From positions 1,968,302 through 2,032,301 of the forward strand of contig OY730414.1 of the NCBI GenBank assembly GCA_963422615.1: a stretch of DNA of 64,000 nt. The letters are read 5' to 3'. Position numbers and translations under genes: made by a program. Below are positions 30,756 to 41,279 of the stretch, piece by piece. The notes beneath the pieces are model-generated. The model made no database searches. It was not told the origin of the DNA and saw only the letters and a list, made by a program, of their open reading frames with translations. The stretch is from Longimicrobiales bacterium (lineage in GTDB: Bacteria; Gemmatimonadota; Gemmatimonadetes; Longimicrobiales; Gaopeijiaceae). Within the stretch, counting starts at the first letter, position 1, and every line of letters begins with the position of its first letter.

Positions 30756-31955
30756 ATGCGCGAAGCGTGGATCATCGACGCGGTTCGCACCCCAATAGGC
30801 CGTCACGGCGGAGCCCTCGCCCCGGTCCGTCCCGACGACCTGGCCGCGGTGACCATCAGAGCCCTGCTCAACCGCAACCCGTTCCCCGCGGAAGCCCTGG
30901 ACGACGTGATCTTCGGGTGTACCAACCAGGCGGGAGAAGACAACCGCAACGTGGCCAGGATGGCCCTCCTGAGCGCGGGTGTCCCCGTAGCGGTTCCGGG
31001 GCAGACCGTAAACCGGCTGTGCGGCTCCGGCCTGGAGGCCGTACGCGCCGCCTTCCACGTGATTCGGGCCGACGAGGGCTCGGCCTTCATCGCCGGAGGC
31101 GTCGAATCCATGAGCCGGGCGCCCTTTGTCATGCTGAAGCCGGAGCGGGCGTACAGCCGCGGGGTGCCCGAAGTCGCCGACACGGTTTTGGGTTGGCGCT
31201 TCCCCAACCCCCGGTTTCCCGCTGAATGGACCCTGAGCCTGGGACGAACGGCGGAAGTCGTTGCCCGGGAATTCGGCGTGACCCGAGAGGCGCAGGACGC
31301 CTTCGCCCTTTCGAGCCAGCGGAAGGCCCAGGCCGCCATGCAGGGCGGTCGATTCGCTCCCGAGATGGTTCCGGTCTCCGTCAACCGGGGAGGAGGCGCC
31401 TCGGCGGCCGTGGTATCCAGGGACGAACACCCCCGGCCCGACGTCACGGCCGAGGCCCTGGCCGGACTGCGCCCGGTCTTCGAGGCGGACGGTACGGTCA
31501 CGGCCGGCAATTCCTCGGGGATCAACGACGGAGCGGCCGCCCTTCTTATCGTGGAGGCCCGAACGGCCGCCGCCCGGGGCTTGGCACCCATGGCGGTCAT
31601 CCGAGGGACCGCAGTGGCGGGCGTCGATCCGCAGCGCATGGGAATCGGGCCGATTTCCGCTTCCCGGAGGTGCCTCGAGCGGGCAGGGGTCGGGGTTCGC
31701 GAGGTTGAGCTAGTCGAGCTGAACGAAGCCTTTGCGGCCCAGGCACTCCCCTGCATGAGGGCGCTGGAGCTGGATCCGGCCAAGGTCAACGTCAACGGCG
31801 GCGCCATCGCGCTGGGTCACCCCGTGGGATGTTCGGGTGCCCGCATCCTGACCACCCTGGTGCACGAGATGGCCCGCCGAGACGCCGGACTGGGGCTGGC
31901 GACCCTGTGCGTCGGCGTCGGACAGGGCATCGCGGCCTTGGTCGGGAGGAGCTGA
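30756..31955 (+). CDS. Thiolase, PcaF/PaaJ (3-oxoadipyl-CoA thiolase)-like
   Basis: VRPDDL, CTNQAGEDNRNVARM, NRLCGSG, NEAFA, GHPVG and CVGVGQG. Confidence 0.88.
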   Translation: MREAWIIDAVRTPIGRHGGALAPVRPDDLAAVTIRALLNRNPFPAEALDDVIFGCTNQAGEDNRNVARMALLSAGVPVAVPGQTVNRLCGSGLEAVRAAFHVIRADEGSAFIAGGVESMSRAPFVMLKPERAYSRGVPEVADTVLGWRFPNPRFPAEWTLSLGRTAEVVAREFGVTREAQDAFALSSQRKAQAAMQGGRFAPEMVPVSVNRGGGASAAVVSRDEHPRPDVTAEALAGLRPVFEADGTVTAGNSSGINDGAAALLIVEARTAAARGLAPMAVIRGTAVAGVDPQRMGIGPISASRRCLERAGVGVREVELVELNEAFAAQALPCMRALELDPAKVNVNGGAIALGHPVGCSGARILTTLVHEMARRDAGLGLATLCVGVGQGIAALVGRS

Positions 31956-31958
31956 GGC

Positions 31959-32828
31959 GTGAACTCCGAGATTGGCCAAGTGGTGGTCGCCGGCGCGGGA
32001 ACCATGGGCCACGGGATCGCCCAGGTCGCGGCCCTTGCGGGCCACGCCGCCGTGCTGTACGACATTGATCGGGAGCAGCTCCGCCGCGGCTTGGCTCGGA
32101 TTGCCGCCAACCTGGACAAAGGGGTTCGCTTGGGGAAGGTGGACACCGCTGCCCGGGATGGCGCGCTGGCGCGTCTCCAGGGAACGTCGTCCCTGGAAAA
32201 GGCCGTCGCAGGAGCGGATTTGGTCATCGAAGCCGCGCCCGAGGTCCTGTCCATCAAGGTCGGCCTCTTTCGGGACGTGGCCGATTTCGTCTCGGCAGAC
32301 GCCGTCCTCGCCACCAACACGTCCTCCCTCTCCGTCACGGAGATCGGCGCGGATCTCCCCACCCCGGAGCGATTCCTGGGTCTCCACTTCTTCAACCCCG
32401 TCCACATCATGGCCCTGGTGGAAGTCGTGAAGGGCGAGCGAACGGACCCCGATGTGCTGGACCGCTGCCTTAGGTTCGTGCGGGGACTCGGAAAAGAGCC
32501 CGTAGTCGTTTCCGATTCGCCGGGCTTCGCCTCTTCCCGGTTGGGGATCATCCTGGGGCTTGAGGCGATTCGCATGGTGGAGGCAGGCGTGGCCACGGCC
32601 AAGGACATCGATACGGCCATGGAGCTGGGCTACCGGCACCCGGTGGGCCCCCTTCGCCTTACCGACCTGGTCGGGTTGGACGTCCGCCTGGACATCGCTC
32701 GGTACCTTCACGATGCCCTGGGTTCGGAAGCGTTTCGTCCCCCGGGACTTCTGGAGCGGATGGTGGCGGCGGGAGATCTGGGGAAGAAGTCGGGCCGGGG
32801 GTTCTACGATTGGAAGGGTGAAGCGTGA
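31959..32828 (+). CDS. 3-hydroxyacyl-CoA dehydrogenase
   Basis: GAGTMGHGIA, ATNTSSL, GLHFFNP and GKKSGRGFY. Confidence 0.92.
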   Translation: MNSEIGQVVVAGAGTMGHGIAQVAALAGHAAVLYDIDREQLRRGLARIAANLDKGVRLGKVDTAARDGALARLQGTSSLEKAVAGADLVIEAAPEVLSIKVGLFRDVADFVSADAVLATNTSSLSVTEIGADLPTPERFLGLHFFNPVHIMALVEVVKGERTDPDVLDRCLRFVRGLGKEPVVVSDSPGFASSRLGIILGLEAIRMVEAGVATAKDIDTAMELGYRHPVGPLRLTDLVGLDVRLDIARYLHDALGSEAFRPPGLLERMVAAGDLGKKSGRGFYDWKGEA

Positions 32829-33604
32829 CGTTCGATACGGTCCTGCTCTCCGTTCGGGATGCGGTGGCCGAAGTGGTCATCAACCGACCGGACAAGCTGA
32901 ACGCCCTCAACCAGACGGTGCGCCGGGAGCTTGCCCAGGCCTTCGACCTCCTGGCAAAAGAAGCCGATGTCAAGGTGGCCATCCTGTGCGGGGCCGGAGA
33001 CAAGGCTTTCGTGGCCGGGGCCGACGTGAAGGAATTCGCGGCCCGGAGCCCCCGAGAACAGCGGGAGCTCTATCGACGCCGACGGGTGTACGACTCTCTG
33101 GCGGATTTCCCCAAGCCGGTGATCTGCGCGATTCGGGGCTTTTGTCTGGGGGGCGGGAACGAACTCGCCCTCGCCTGCGACATCCGGGTCGCCGATTCCA
33201 CGGCTCGTTTCGGACAGTTCGAAATCCGGTTGGGATTGATCCCCGGCGCCGGGGGAACCCAGCGGTTGGCCCGCCTTGTGGGACCCGGTCAAGCCCTCCG
33301 AATCGGCCTGTGTGGTGACTTCATCGATGCCGCGGAAGCGTACCGAATCGGCCTTGTGGAATTCCTGACGGAAAAAGGGCGGCATCTGGAAAAGGCTCGG
33401 GCGATCGCCGCCCGGATGGCCCGTTGGAGCCCCGGGGCGCTCATGCGGGTCAAGCGGGCCGTGAAGGAAGCCCATGAGCACCACCTCACCGACGGACTCG
33501 CTCTGGAAAAGGAGCTGTTCCTGGAAGCGTTCGAATCCCAGGACGGGAGGGAGGGCGTGGCGGCCTTCGTGGAGAAGCGCCGACCGGTGTTCAAGGGACG
33601 GTAA
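32825..33604 (+). CDS. Enoyl-CoA hydratase/isomerase family protein
   Basis: NRPDKLNALN, FVAGAD, GGGNE and EIRLGLIPGAGGTQRL. Confidence 0.9.
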   Translation: MTFDTVLLSVRDAVAEVVINRPDKLNALNQTVRRELAQAFDLLAKEADVKVAILCGAGDKAFVAGADVKEFAARSPREQRELYRRRRVYDSLADFPKPVICAIRGFCLGGGNELALACDIRVADSTARFGQFEIRLGLIPGAGGTQRLARLVGPGQALRIGLCGDFIDAAEAYRIGLVEFLTEKGRHLEKARAIAARMARWSPGALMRVKRAVKEAHEHHLTDGLALEKELFLEAFESQDGREGVAAFVEKRRPVFKGR

Positions 33605-33623
33605 GCGTCGCAGACAGCAAGCG

Positions 33624-33908
33624 TCATAGTACGATGTCTCCGCCTGGGTCCCGCTTTCCGAGCCGTTCCAGCCGCTCCCGGGCATTCTCCAACCTCGCTT
33701 CGCGCAGGCCGGGGTCGGGGGTCGCGGTCTCCCAGGCGGGGCTTCCGTCGTCCAGAACCCGAACCCGCAGGACGTCTCCTTCCGCAACGGGACCCGGAAG
33801 CAGGCCGCGGTGCAACTTCGCGTCCGGGTGCGAATCGACGTCGGGGACGAGGACGACGATGCCGTCTTCGATCCGGTCCACCCCGTAGATCCGCTCGGCT
33901 TCCTTCAC
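33624..33908 (-). CDS. DUF3006-family protein
   Basis: VDRIEDGIVVL...LLPGPVAEGDVL. Typical partner of ComEC-like MBL genes. Confidence 0.75.
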   Translation of the reverse strand: MKEAERIYGVDRIEDGIVVLVPDVDSHPDAKLHRGLLPGPVAEGDVLRVRVLDDGSPAWETATPDPGLREARLENARERLERLGKRDPGGDIVL

Positions 33909-33914
33909 CGTCCC

Positions 33915-34748
33915 TTACCCTCCGGCGGCGTCCGAAAGGACAACTTCGTGACGCCCGTCCGGGAAGCCCAGCACCGTGACGGAGCCGTCCCGGTCGGTCC
34001 GGTAAACGTGCTCGGTAAACAACGAGAACGCAGCGAGAGCCTCGGGAGCGGGGTGGCCATAGCCATTGCTCCCCAAGGAAATCACAACGACTTCTGGGCG
34101 GGTGGCCCGCAGAAAGGCCGGCGTGAATCCGTTGTGGCTCCCGTGGTGGGGTGCTTTGAGGACCGTAACGTCGGGCACCGCCCCCTTCCCGACGAGGAAA
34201 TTCAGCTGTTCGACTTCGGAGTCCCCGGTGAGAAGGGATGCGAACGCCCCGTATCGCACCAGAAGAGCCACCGAACGGTTGTTTTGGTCTGTCGAATGGA
34301 CCGGAAGGAGCGGGAGAACTTCGACGACGGCTGCACCCAGACGGATCCTTCTGGGTTCCGCGTTCAGATAGGTGATCTCCGGACGGGCTTCAAGCGCCTG
34401 CATGAGCCTGGTATAGGTCGCCGTCGTGTGGGGCTTCCCGTTGTCCATGTAGAACCGGACCGGGAATGCGGCGAGGACGCCGGCCATGCCACCGATGTGA
34501 TCGGCGTGGGGGTGGGTGGCAACCAGGAGGTCGATGGAGGTTACGCCCCGTTCTTTCAGGGCCTGGACGAGCTGGCGCCTTCCGGCATCAACGAGGGCGG
34601 TTCGGCCACCCGGCTCCTGGATCAGCACCGCGTCGGCCTGCCCGACATCCAGGAAGGTGATTTGTAGCGGTGGGGTCGTGTCTTGGGGCGCGGCAACGGC
34701 CAACCGGGCCACCAGTTGAGCGCCAAGAACAATGCTCCAGGGATTCAT
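33915..34748 (-). CDS. ComEC/Rec2-like metallo-beta-lactamase-fold hydrolase (stand-alone)
   Basis: FLDVGQAD, THPHADHIGG, NNRS, TGD, HHGS, YGHP and RTDRDG. Confidence 0.88.
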   Translation of the reverse strand: MNPWSIVLGAQLVARLAVAAPQDTTPPLQITFLDVGQADAVLIQEPGGRTALVDAGRRQLVQALKERGVTSIDLLVATHPHADHIGGMAGVLAAFPVRFYMDNGKPHTTATYTRLMQALEARPEITYLNAEPRRIRLGAAVVEVLPLLPVHSTDQNNRSVALLVRYGAFASLLTGDSEVEQLNFLVGKGAVPDVTVLKAPHHGSHNGFTPAFLRATRPEVVVISLGSNGYGHPAPEALAAFSLFTEHVYRTDRDGSVTVLGFPDGRHEVVLSDAAGG

Positions 34749-34995
34749 GCGTCATCTCCACGGCGGACCGGGGCGGGACTCCCCGGTGGATCACGGACCG
34801 GCACCTGACCTCAGGATGCCGGCACAACCTGTTGCTTCGCAAGGACCTATTGGGTGCGTCGCTGTTCGTCACTCGGGGAGGCGTCGCCCGAACCCTCAAG
34901 CCTCCCCTCGCACATTCCGCTCAACGGGGATAGAATCGAACCGACAGCGGTTCAAATTCGCCCGCCGAAACGCTTCTCACTCTCCGCGCTTCACA

Positions 34996-35292
34996 ATGTC
35001 CCCACTCGTCTGGCGCCGGATCATCTGGTGCTACCATCTGCTCTTCCTGGCCGCCGTCACGTGGCCGGGCCAAGAGGTCATCCGTTCGGCCAAGCCCTTC
35101 GTTTTCGGGCTTCCCCTGCAGATGGCGTGGATCTCGGCCTGGATCCTGGGCAGCTTCGTGGCCCTGTGGCGCCTGGATTCGGCCCGAACCCGGGCGGCCG
35201 GCGATCGGTCCCTGACGGACCGGCCCTCCGGCCCGGGACCCGGTGAGAGCCGGCTGCCGCCCGGTTCGCCAAGCGGACAGGACCATGGATAG
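34996..35292 (+). CDS. Small 2-TM symporter accessory protein (DUF3311-like)
   Basis: PFVFGLPLQMAWISAW. Overlaps the downstream SSS gene. Confidence 0.7.
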   Translation: MSPLVWRRIIWCYHLLFLAAVTWPGQEVIRSAKPFVFGLPLQMAWISAWILGSFVALWRLDSARTRAAGDRSLTDRPSGPGPGESRLPPGSPSGQDHG

Positions 35293-36745
35293 GCATACCC
35301 TCATCACGGTCATCGTCTTCGCCTACCTGGCCATGACCCTGGCCGTGGGGCTCCTGGCGGGGCGCCGGGCGTCCCGGACCGTCCAGGGCTACGTGGCCGG
35401 CGACCGAAACTTCGGGCTTCTGGTCATGTACTTCATCACGGGAGCGACGGTCTTCTCCGCCTTTGCTTTCCTGGGCGGTCCCGGATGGGCCTACTCTCGG
35501 GGTGCCGCCGCGTTCTACATCCTGTCCTACGGGGTTCTGGGCATGGCCCCCTGGTACGGAATGGGCCCCAAGGCCGCGGCCCTGGGACGGAGGTTCGGTT
35601 TCGTCACCCAGTCCCAGCTTCTGGTGGGCCGGTTCCCTTCAAGGAAACTGTCGGCCCTCATGGCGATCCTGACGCTGGTCGCCTTCGTTCCTTACGTGAC
35701 CATCCAGATGCGCGGCGCCGGAATCGTAATCGAAGCGGTGACCGGCGGGCGCATTCCCCTGGCAGCGGGTGCGGCCTTTGCCTACGGAATCGTGCTCGTG
35801 TACGTACTGGCCAGAGGCGTATCTGCGGTGGGTTGGACGAACACCTTCCAGGGGGTGTTCATGGTGACGATCGCGTGGGCACTGGGGATCTATCTCCCCT
35901 ACCGGCTCTACGGCGGGGTGGGCCCCATGTTCGACCACATCCTCGCCGCCCGACCCGAGTTGCTGGCCCTGCCCGGACTGGACGGCGACGGAGGCCCCTG
36001 GAGCTGGGGCGCGTATTCGTCGTCCATTATCGTAAGCGCCGTGGGCTTGACGATGTGGCCGCACTTGTTCATGAAGGCGTTCACGGCGAAGAGCGACGAC
36101 ACCATCCGCCGAACGGTGATTCTCTTTCCCACGTTCCAGCTCTTCCTCATCCCCGTCTTTCTCATCGGATTCGCGGGTGTGCTGTTCCCCGAATCGCCTG
36201 AAAAGAGCGATTTCATCCTGCCGTTCCTGATCCTGCGCACCGATCTGCCGGCACTTGTTGTCGGCCTTTTTTGCGCCGGCGCCCTTTCGGCGTCCATGTC
36301 CACAGGAGACGCCCTCCTTCACGGGGCTGCGTCGGTGACCGTGGAAGACGGCGTGCAACCCTTCCTGAAGCTTTCCGACCGAGCCCGGAGACGGACCATA
36401 CGCGTTCTGGTCGTGGCCGTGGGTGTGGTTGCGTACGGGTTCGCCCTGAACGAGACGTCTTCTTTGGTGGACCTCCTTCTCGCCTCCTACGGGATCATCT
36501 GCCAGTTCATGCCATCGCTACTGGCGGCCATGTACTGGAAGCGGGCCACCACGGCCGGCGTCGTTTCCGGACTGGTGTGCGGGTCCGTGACTGCCGTGTT
36601 CTTCTTCCTATTCCCCGAGCTCAAGCCCTTGGGACTTCACGAGGGCCTCCTGGGACTGGCGGTACACGTGCCGGTACTGTTGGCCGTGAGCTGGTTCGGC
36701 GAGCCCCAGAGCACCCGGCACGCCAGCCGCTTCGTCGATGTGTGA
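35285..36745 (+). CDS. Sodium:solute symporter family protein
   Basis: FSAFAFLGGPGWAY, WTNTFQG and SASMSTGD. Multi-TM. Confidence 0.92.
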   Translation: MDRHTLITVIVFAYLAMTLAVGLLAGRRASRTVQGYVAGDRNFGLLVMYFITGATVFSAFAFLGGPGWAYSRGAAAFYILSYGVLGMAPWYGMGPKAAALGRRFGFVTQSQLLVGRFPSRKLSALMAILTLVAFVPYVTIQMRGAGIVIEAVTGGRIPLAAGAAFAYGIVLVYVLARGVSAVGWTNTFQGVFMVTIAWALGIYLPYRLYGGVGPMFDHILAARPELLALPGLDGDGGPWSWGAYSSSIIVSAVGLTMWPHLFMKAFTAKSDDTIRRTVILFPTFQLFLIPVFLIGFAGVLFPESPEKSDFILPFLILRTDLPALVVGLFCAGALSASMSTGDALLHGAASVTVEDGVQPFLKLSDRARRRTIRVLVVAVGVVAYGFALNETSSLVDLLLASYGIICQFMPSLLAAMYWKRATTAGVVSGLVCGSVTAVFFFLFPELKPLGLHEGLLGLAVHVPVLLAVSWFGEPQSTRHASRFVDV

Positions 36746-36857
36746 CTCCGGCGACGGGGGGCTCCTCAAGACGGCGGCATAGAGGCGGGATGGGCCGAAG
36801 CCCAGGAGGCGCGGACGGGGAGCTGATGTCGTACGGTGAGGGATCCGATCCCTGCGC

Positions 36858-38384
36858 TTACCCGTACTTGCTTGTGACATCGGTTTGCGCAGGACCCGAA
36901 AGGAGTCGGAATTCGTCGCGGCGCAACAGGGGGTCGTCCCGTAGATCCAGGCGCAGACCGGTCCGCTTGCCGAGTCTCCTCAGGAAATCGGGTTCGTTTT
37001 CCACCACTTGCAGGGCCACTTGGGGGTGAACCCGCACCAGGAGCTGTTTCTCGTTCCCCAGAGCGGCCCGGCGAATGCACCGTTCGATTTCCCGCAGCAG
37101 GGTCGGTGCCGACCACACTCGGCCGTTTCCTTCGCACCCGGTGCAGGGCTCGGTCAGGGCATGGAGGAGGGACGGACGAACCCGCTGGCGGCTCATTTCG
37201 ATCAGGCCCAGGGGAGAGACTTCCCAGGTCCGGGTTCGGGCCCGGTCCCGGCCCAAGTGGCTCCTCAGCTCGTGGAGCACCCGGTCCCGGTTTTCCTGGG
37301 CGTCCATGTCGATGAAGTCGATGACGATAATGCCCCCGATGTCCCGAAGCCTGAGCTGTCTCGCGATCTCCCGGGCCGCGTCCAGATTGGTCCGGAGAAT
37401 GGTGTGATCCGGATCCTTCTTCTTCCCTTTCCCGGTAAAGCGTCCGGTGTTCACGTCCACGGCGACCAGAGCTTCGGTCTGCTCGATGATTACGTGTCCC
37501 CCCGACGGAAGCTCGACCCGGCGCTCGAAGGCTTGCTGGATGTCTCTTTCGATTCCAGCGTGGTCGAACAAGGGCTTCCGGGCACCGTAGTAGTGGATCC
37601 GGTCCAGGAGGTCGGGATCGAAGGCCCGCACGTACTGGACGATCTGTTTGTGGACTTCCCGGCTGTCAGACGTTACCGCGTCGAACTTGTCGGTAAAGAG
37701 GTCTCGGATTACCCCGGAGACCAGCCTCGAATCTTGGTGAACCAGGGCGGGTGCCTCGGCCTTCCCAGCCTTGGCCCGGATGGATCCCCACTGCCGGTGG
37801 AGCCGCCGGAATTCCTGTTCAAGCTTTTCCTGGGTAAGCTCTTCGCCGGCGGTACGCACGATGACCCCGGCCGCATCGCCGTCGACCACCGCCCGGGCCA
37901 TCTTGCGCAGTCGCTCCCTCTCCCCCCGCTGATCAATCTTGCGACTGACCCCGATGTGATCCGAAGCGGGCATGTAGACCAAAAAACGTCCCGGTAGGGA
38001 GATCTGGGTCGTGACCCGGGGCCCCTTCGTCGAAATGGGTTCTTTTGTAACCTTGACCAGAAGGGTCTGGCCCCTGCTCAGGACATCCTGGACCCGGGAT
38101 GGGGTCCGTCGGCGACCGCGCCCGCCATTGCTTCCGTCTTCGGTGGTGTCCTCTTCGTCACGGGTCAAGTCCGACACATGGAGGAACGCCGCCTTTTCCT
38201 CCCCGATGTCCACGAAGGCCGCCTGAATGCCCGGAAGAACCGCCTCGACGCGGCCCAGAAAGATGTCTCCCACGAGTCGGCCTTGGTCGGGCCGGTCGAA
38301 CATGAGTTCCGTAAGCCTTCCGTCTTCCTTGATCGCGACCCAAGACTCCCCTTCGGAGGTACTGATGAGAATTTCTCTCTTCAA
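36858..38384 (-). CDS. rng: Ribonuclease G/E family
   Basis: QAAFVDIG, KEPISTKGPR, VDVNTG and LRDIGGIIVIDFIDM. Start inferred at TTG 38384 (MKREILIS). Confidence 0.93.
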   Translation of the reverse strand: MKREILISTSEGESWVAIKEDGRLTELMFDRPDQGRLVGDIFLGRVEAVLPGIQAAFVDIGEEKAAFLHVSDLTRDEEDTTEDGSNGGRGRRRTPSRVQDVLSRGQTLLVKVTKEPISTKGPRVTTQISLPGRFLVYMPASDHIGVSRKIDQRGERERLRKMARAVVDGDAAGVIVRTAGEELTQEKLEQEFRRLHRQWGSIRAKAGKAEAPALVHQDSRLVSGVIRDLFTDKFDAVTSDSREVHKQIVQYVRAFDPDLLDRIHYYGARKPLFDHAGIERDIQQAFERRVELPSGGHVIIEQTEALVAVDVNTGRFTGKGKKKDPDHTILRTNLDAAREIARQLRLRDIGGIIVIDFIDMDAQENRDRVLHELRSHLGRDRARTRTWEVSPLGLIEMSRQRVRPSLLHALTEPCTGCEGNGRVWSAPTLLREIERCIRRAALGNEKQLLVRVHPQVALQVVENEPDFLRRLGKRTGLRLDLRDDPLLRRDEFRLLSGPAQTDVTSKYG

Positions 38385-38449
38385 TATCGAATCTCCCGCG
38401 GCCCGTCGCCGGAAGATCCCCTGGCGTCCCGGAGACACAACCGCATCAC
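38381..38449 (-). other. 22-codon bridging mini-ORF (MMRLCLRDARGSSGDGPREIRY)
   Basis: GTG overlaps the acyl-CoA dehydrogenase TGA, and its own TGA overlaps the rng TTG. Translation not demonstrated. Confidence 0.4.
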
Positions 38450-39657
38450 GGGTCCGACGCTCTCAGCAGGTGGCGGCCAATGACCATCTTTTGGATTTCG
38501 CTTGTTCCTTCTCCGATTTCGCAGGCCTTCGCATCCCGCATCATGCGCTCGACCGGGTAATCGGAGGTATAACCGGCCGCCCCGAGAAACCGGACCGCCG
38601 CCCGGGCCGCCTTCATGGCCAGCTCCGAGGCGAAGAGCTTCGCCATGGCGGCTTCTTTGGCGTACGGTTGGCCCAGGTCTTTTAGCCACGCCGCATGATA
38701 GGTCAGGTGACGGGCGGCTTCGACCTCGGCTGCCAGCTCGGCCAAACCGAACCGAACTTCCTGAAACTCCCGAACCGGCCTGGAAAACTGGCGCCTGCGA
38801 ACCGTGTACCGTATCGCCGCCTCGACGGCGCCCTGGGCAAGCCCCAGAGAAAGGGCCGCGATCCCGATTCTCCCCGCATCCAGGGTGACCATGAAGTTGG
38901 CGAAGCCCTGCCCTTCCTGCCCCAGGCGTTGATCTTCGCCGACCCAGGCGTCTTGAAGGTACAGCTCCCGGGTATCCGAGGCGCGCCAGCCGAGCTTGTC
39001 CTCCTTCTCGCCCGCGGTGACCCCCTTCGTGTAGGGAAGCTCGGGCCGGTGACCGACCCCTATTCGTTCGGCTTCGTTCACGTCGGTGGTGGGCTTGCAG
39101 ATCACGAAGTTCGTGATTCCCCCATGTCCAGCCCCCGGATCGGTCACCGCGGTCACCACAAAAACCTCGCCCACGCCCCCGTGGGTGATGAATATCTTGC
39201 TGCCGTTGATCCTGTAGCCGCCGTCCTCCACCACCGCTTTCGTCCGGGTTCCCGACGCGTCGGACCCGGCAGACGGCTCGGTCAGCCCGAAACCTCCGAG
39301 AACCTGTCCCGACGCCAGGAGCGGTACGAACCGGGCCTTCTGGGATTCCGTTCCGAAGGTCAGGATGGGAGAGGTTCCCAGAGTCGTGTGGGCGGAGACG
39401 GTAATGGCATGGCTGGCATCGGCCTTGGCGAGTTCCTCGATGACAAGGACATAGCTCCGGTAATCTCGGCCCATTCCCCCCAGCTCCCGGGGCACCGGGA
39501 CGCCCAGCCAGCCCCTCTCGCCCATAGCCCTGACGTTGTCCCAGGGGAAGCAGGCGGTTTCGTCCAGCTCCCGGGCCACCGGCGCGACGGATGTGGCGGC
39601 GAACCGGCGGACATCGGCTTGCAGATCAAGGTGGGCACTGTCCAGATATGGATGCAT
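38446..39657 (-). CDS. Acyl-CoA dehydrogenase
   Basis: FGLTEPSAGSD, NGSKIFIT, GRIGIAA and EIGEGTSEIQ. Confidence 0.93.
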   Translation of the reverse strand: MHPYLDSAHLDLQADVRRFAATSVAPVARELDETACFPWDNVRAMGERGWLGVPVPRELGGMGRDYRSYVLVIEELAKADASHAITVSAHTTLGTSPILTFGTESQKARFVPLLASGQVLGGFGLTEPSAGSDASGTRTKAVVEDGGYRINGSKIFITHGGVGEVFVVTAVTDPGAGHGGITNFVICKPTTDVNEAERIGVGHRPELPYTKGVTAGEKEDKLGWRASDTRELYLQDAWVGEDQRLGQEGQGFANFMVTLDAGRIGIAALSLGLAQGAVEAAIRYTVRRRQFSRPVREFQEVRFGLAELAAEVEAARHLTYHAAWLKDLGQPYAKEAAMAKLFASELAMKAARAAVRFLGAAGYTSDYPVERMMRDAKACEIGEGTSEIQKMVIGRHLLRASDP

Positions 39658-39698
39658 GAAATGGAACAAGAAAGCGATCGGGCCCCGCCTGACTAGGC

Positions 39699-41279
39699 CT
39701 AGTTGCCCCGGCGGCGCTCACAACGGTCGCACGATTCGCAAGAATTCGACGCGGGCACTTCTCCAAGATAACGCAATAGGGCAGCCCTACGGCATCCTCC
39801 CCGCAGACAGTAGTTCCGCATGGCCGCGAGCCGCTTCAGTGCTTGTTTCCGGGCAGCGAAGAGAGGGGCCAGGTCGGGCGGGCACCCTGTCAGGGTCATG
39901 AACGGACCGCGGGATCGAACCTGATGTTGGTTGCCAACCGAACGACCCGGACGAGTGTCGGAACCCGGGGGACCCCGGCCGGGAGGAAAGCCCTCGTCAT
40001 CCCCGTCCAGTACGTTCTGGATCCACTCGGCGAAGGCCGGTTCCATGCGGATCGCCCCCGAACGAGCAAGCCACTTCAGGCAGTGCAGGTTTCGGGTTCC
40101 GGGGCCGACCCCGGCCTTGGCACCGACGCGGACGGCGCCCGACCTCGGGAACCCGAGCTTCTTTAGTAGCCGGATCACGTCGGCAGGAGGGGGATAAGAG
40201 CGTTCGAGAAACGCTTTCGGCACCTTCCAGTCATGCCGGTGGACAAAGCCCAGCGCCAGGGACGGGGCCCCGTCCCGGCCGGCTCGTCCCGCTTCCTGAT
40301 AGTAGCTCTCCAGGGAACCGGGGAAGGCGTAGTGGAAGACGGCCCGCACATCTCCCCGGTCGATGCCCATGCCGAAGGCACAGGTGGCGACCACAACGTT
40401 GGACTCCCCGGACATGAACCGTTCCTGAACGCCCTGCCGCTCCTCACCGGGAAGGGCAGCGTGGTACGCTTCCCCGATCACCCCCAGGCTCCCCAGGGCA
40501 CGCCGGACGCTCACCACCAGCCGCCGGGTCGGGGCGTAGACAATGACGGCCTTTCCCGCGCTCTCCGAAGGCGCGCGCCGGATCAGGCGGACCATGGCAC
40601 GAACCCGTTCGGCGCCTGTGCGCAGCCGGATGACCCGCCAGCGGATGTTGGGCCGGTCGAAGGAGGTGACGATCCTGAGTGGGTCGGTCATCCCCAGCAC
40701 CTGAACGATGTCGTCCCGGACGGCTGGCGTGGCGGTCGCGGTGACGGCAAGAAACGGGGCGGACGCGATGGCCCGAAGACGGCGGATACGCCTGAAGGCG
40801 GGGCGGAAGTCGTGGCCCCACTCTGAAATGCAGTGGGCCTCATCCACGGTGATCAGAGAGACAGAGGCCGACGCCAGGATGTTCCGCAGACGGGTCGCCT
40901 CAAGGCGCTCCGGGGAGCAGAAGAGCAAGTCGAGATGTCCTTCCGCAATGGCGTGTTCGCTTCGCCGCTGGGCCTCCCTGGGGTCCTGGGACGTGAGGGA
41001 GGCCGCCCGCAGCCCGAGACGCCGAGCCCGATCCACTTGGTCCTGCATGAGGGAGATGAGGGGGCTCACCACAACCACCAAGCCGTCGAAAACGAACGCG
41101 GGCAGCTGGTAGCAAAGCGTCTTCCCGCCGCCGGTGGGCAGCACACCCAGGGCGTCCCGCCCCGAAAGAACGCCGCAGATCAGGTGTTCCTGCCCTGGTC
41201 TGAAGCGGTCGAACCCGAAACGCTCCCGAAGGATCGCCCGGGCCGCCGAAGGCGCATAGGAAGTTCGTTCCGGTCTCAC
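39699..41279 (-). CDS. recQ: RecQ-family DNA helicase (no HRDC domain seen)
   Basis: PTGGGKT, DEAHCISEWGHDFRP, FGMGID, QEAGRAGRDG and a Zn site (CRR...CESCDRC). Confidence 0.92.
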   Translation of the reverse strand: MRPERTSYAPSAARAILRERFGFDRFRPGQEHLICGVLSGRDALGVLPTGGGKTLCYQLPAFVFDGLVVVVSPLISLMQDQVDRARRLGLRAASLTSQDPREAQRRSEHAIAEGHLDLLFCSPERLEATRLRNILASASVSLITVDEAHCISEWGHDFRPAFRRIRRLRAIASAPFLAVTATATPAVRDDIVQVLGMTDPLRIVTSFDRPNIRWRVIRLRTGAERVRAMVRLIRRAPSESAGKAVIVYAPTRRLVVSVRRALGSLGVIGEAYHAALPGEERQGVQERFMSGESNVVVATCAFGMGIDRGDVRAVFHYAFPGSLESYYQEAGRAGRDGAPSLALGFVHRHDWKVPKAFLERSYPPPADVIRLLKKLGFPRSGAVRVGAKAGVGPGTRNLHCLKWLARSGAIRMEPAFAEWIQNVLDGDDEGFPPGRGPPGSDTRPGRSVGNQHQVRSRGPFMTLTGCPPDLAPLFAARKQALKRLAAMRNYCLRGGCRRAALLRYLGEVPASNSCESCDRCERRRGN

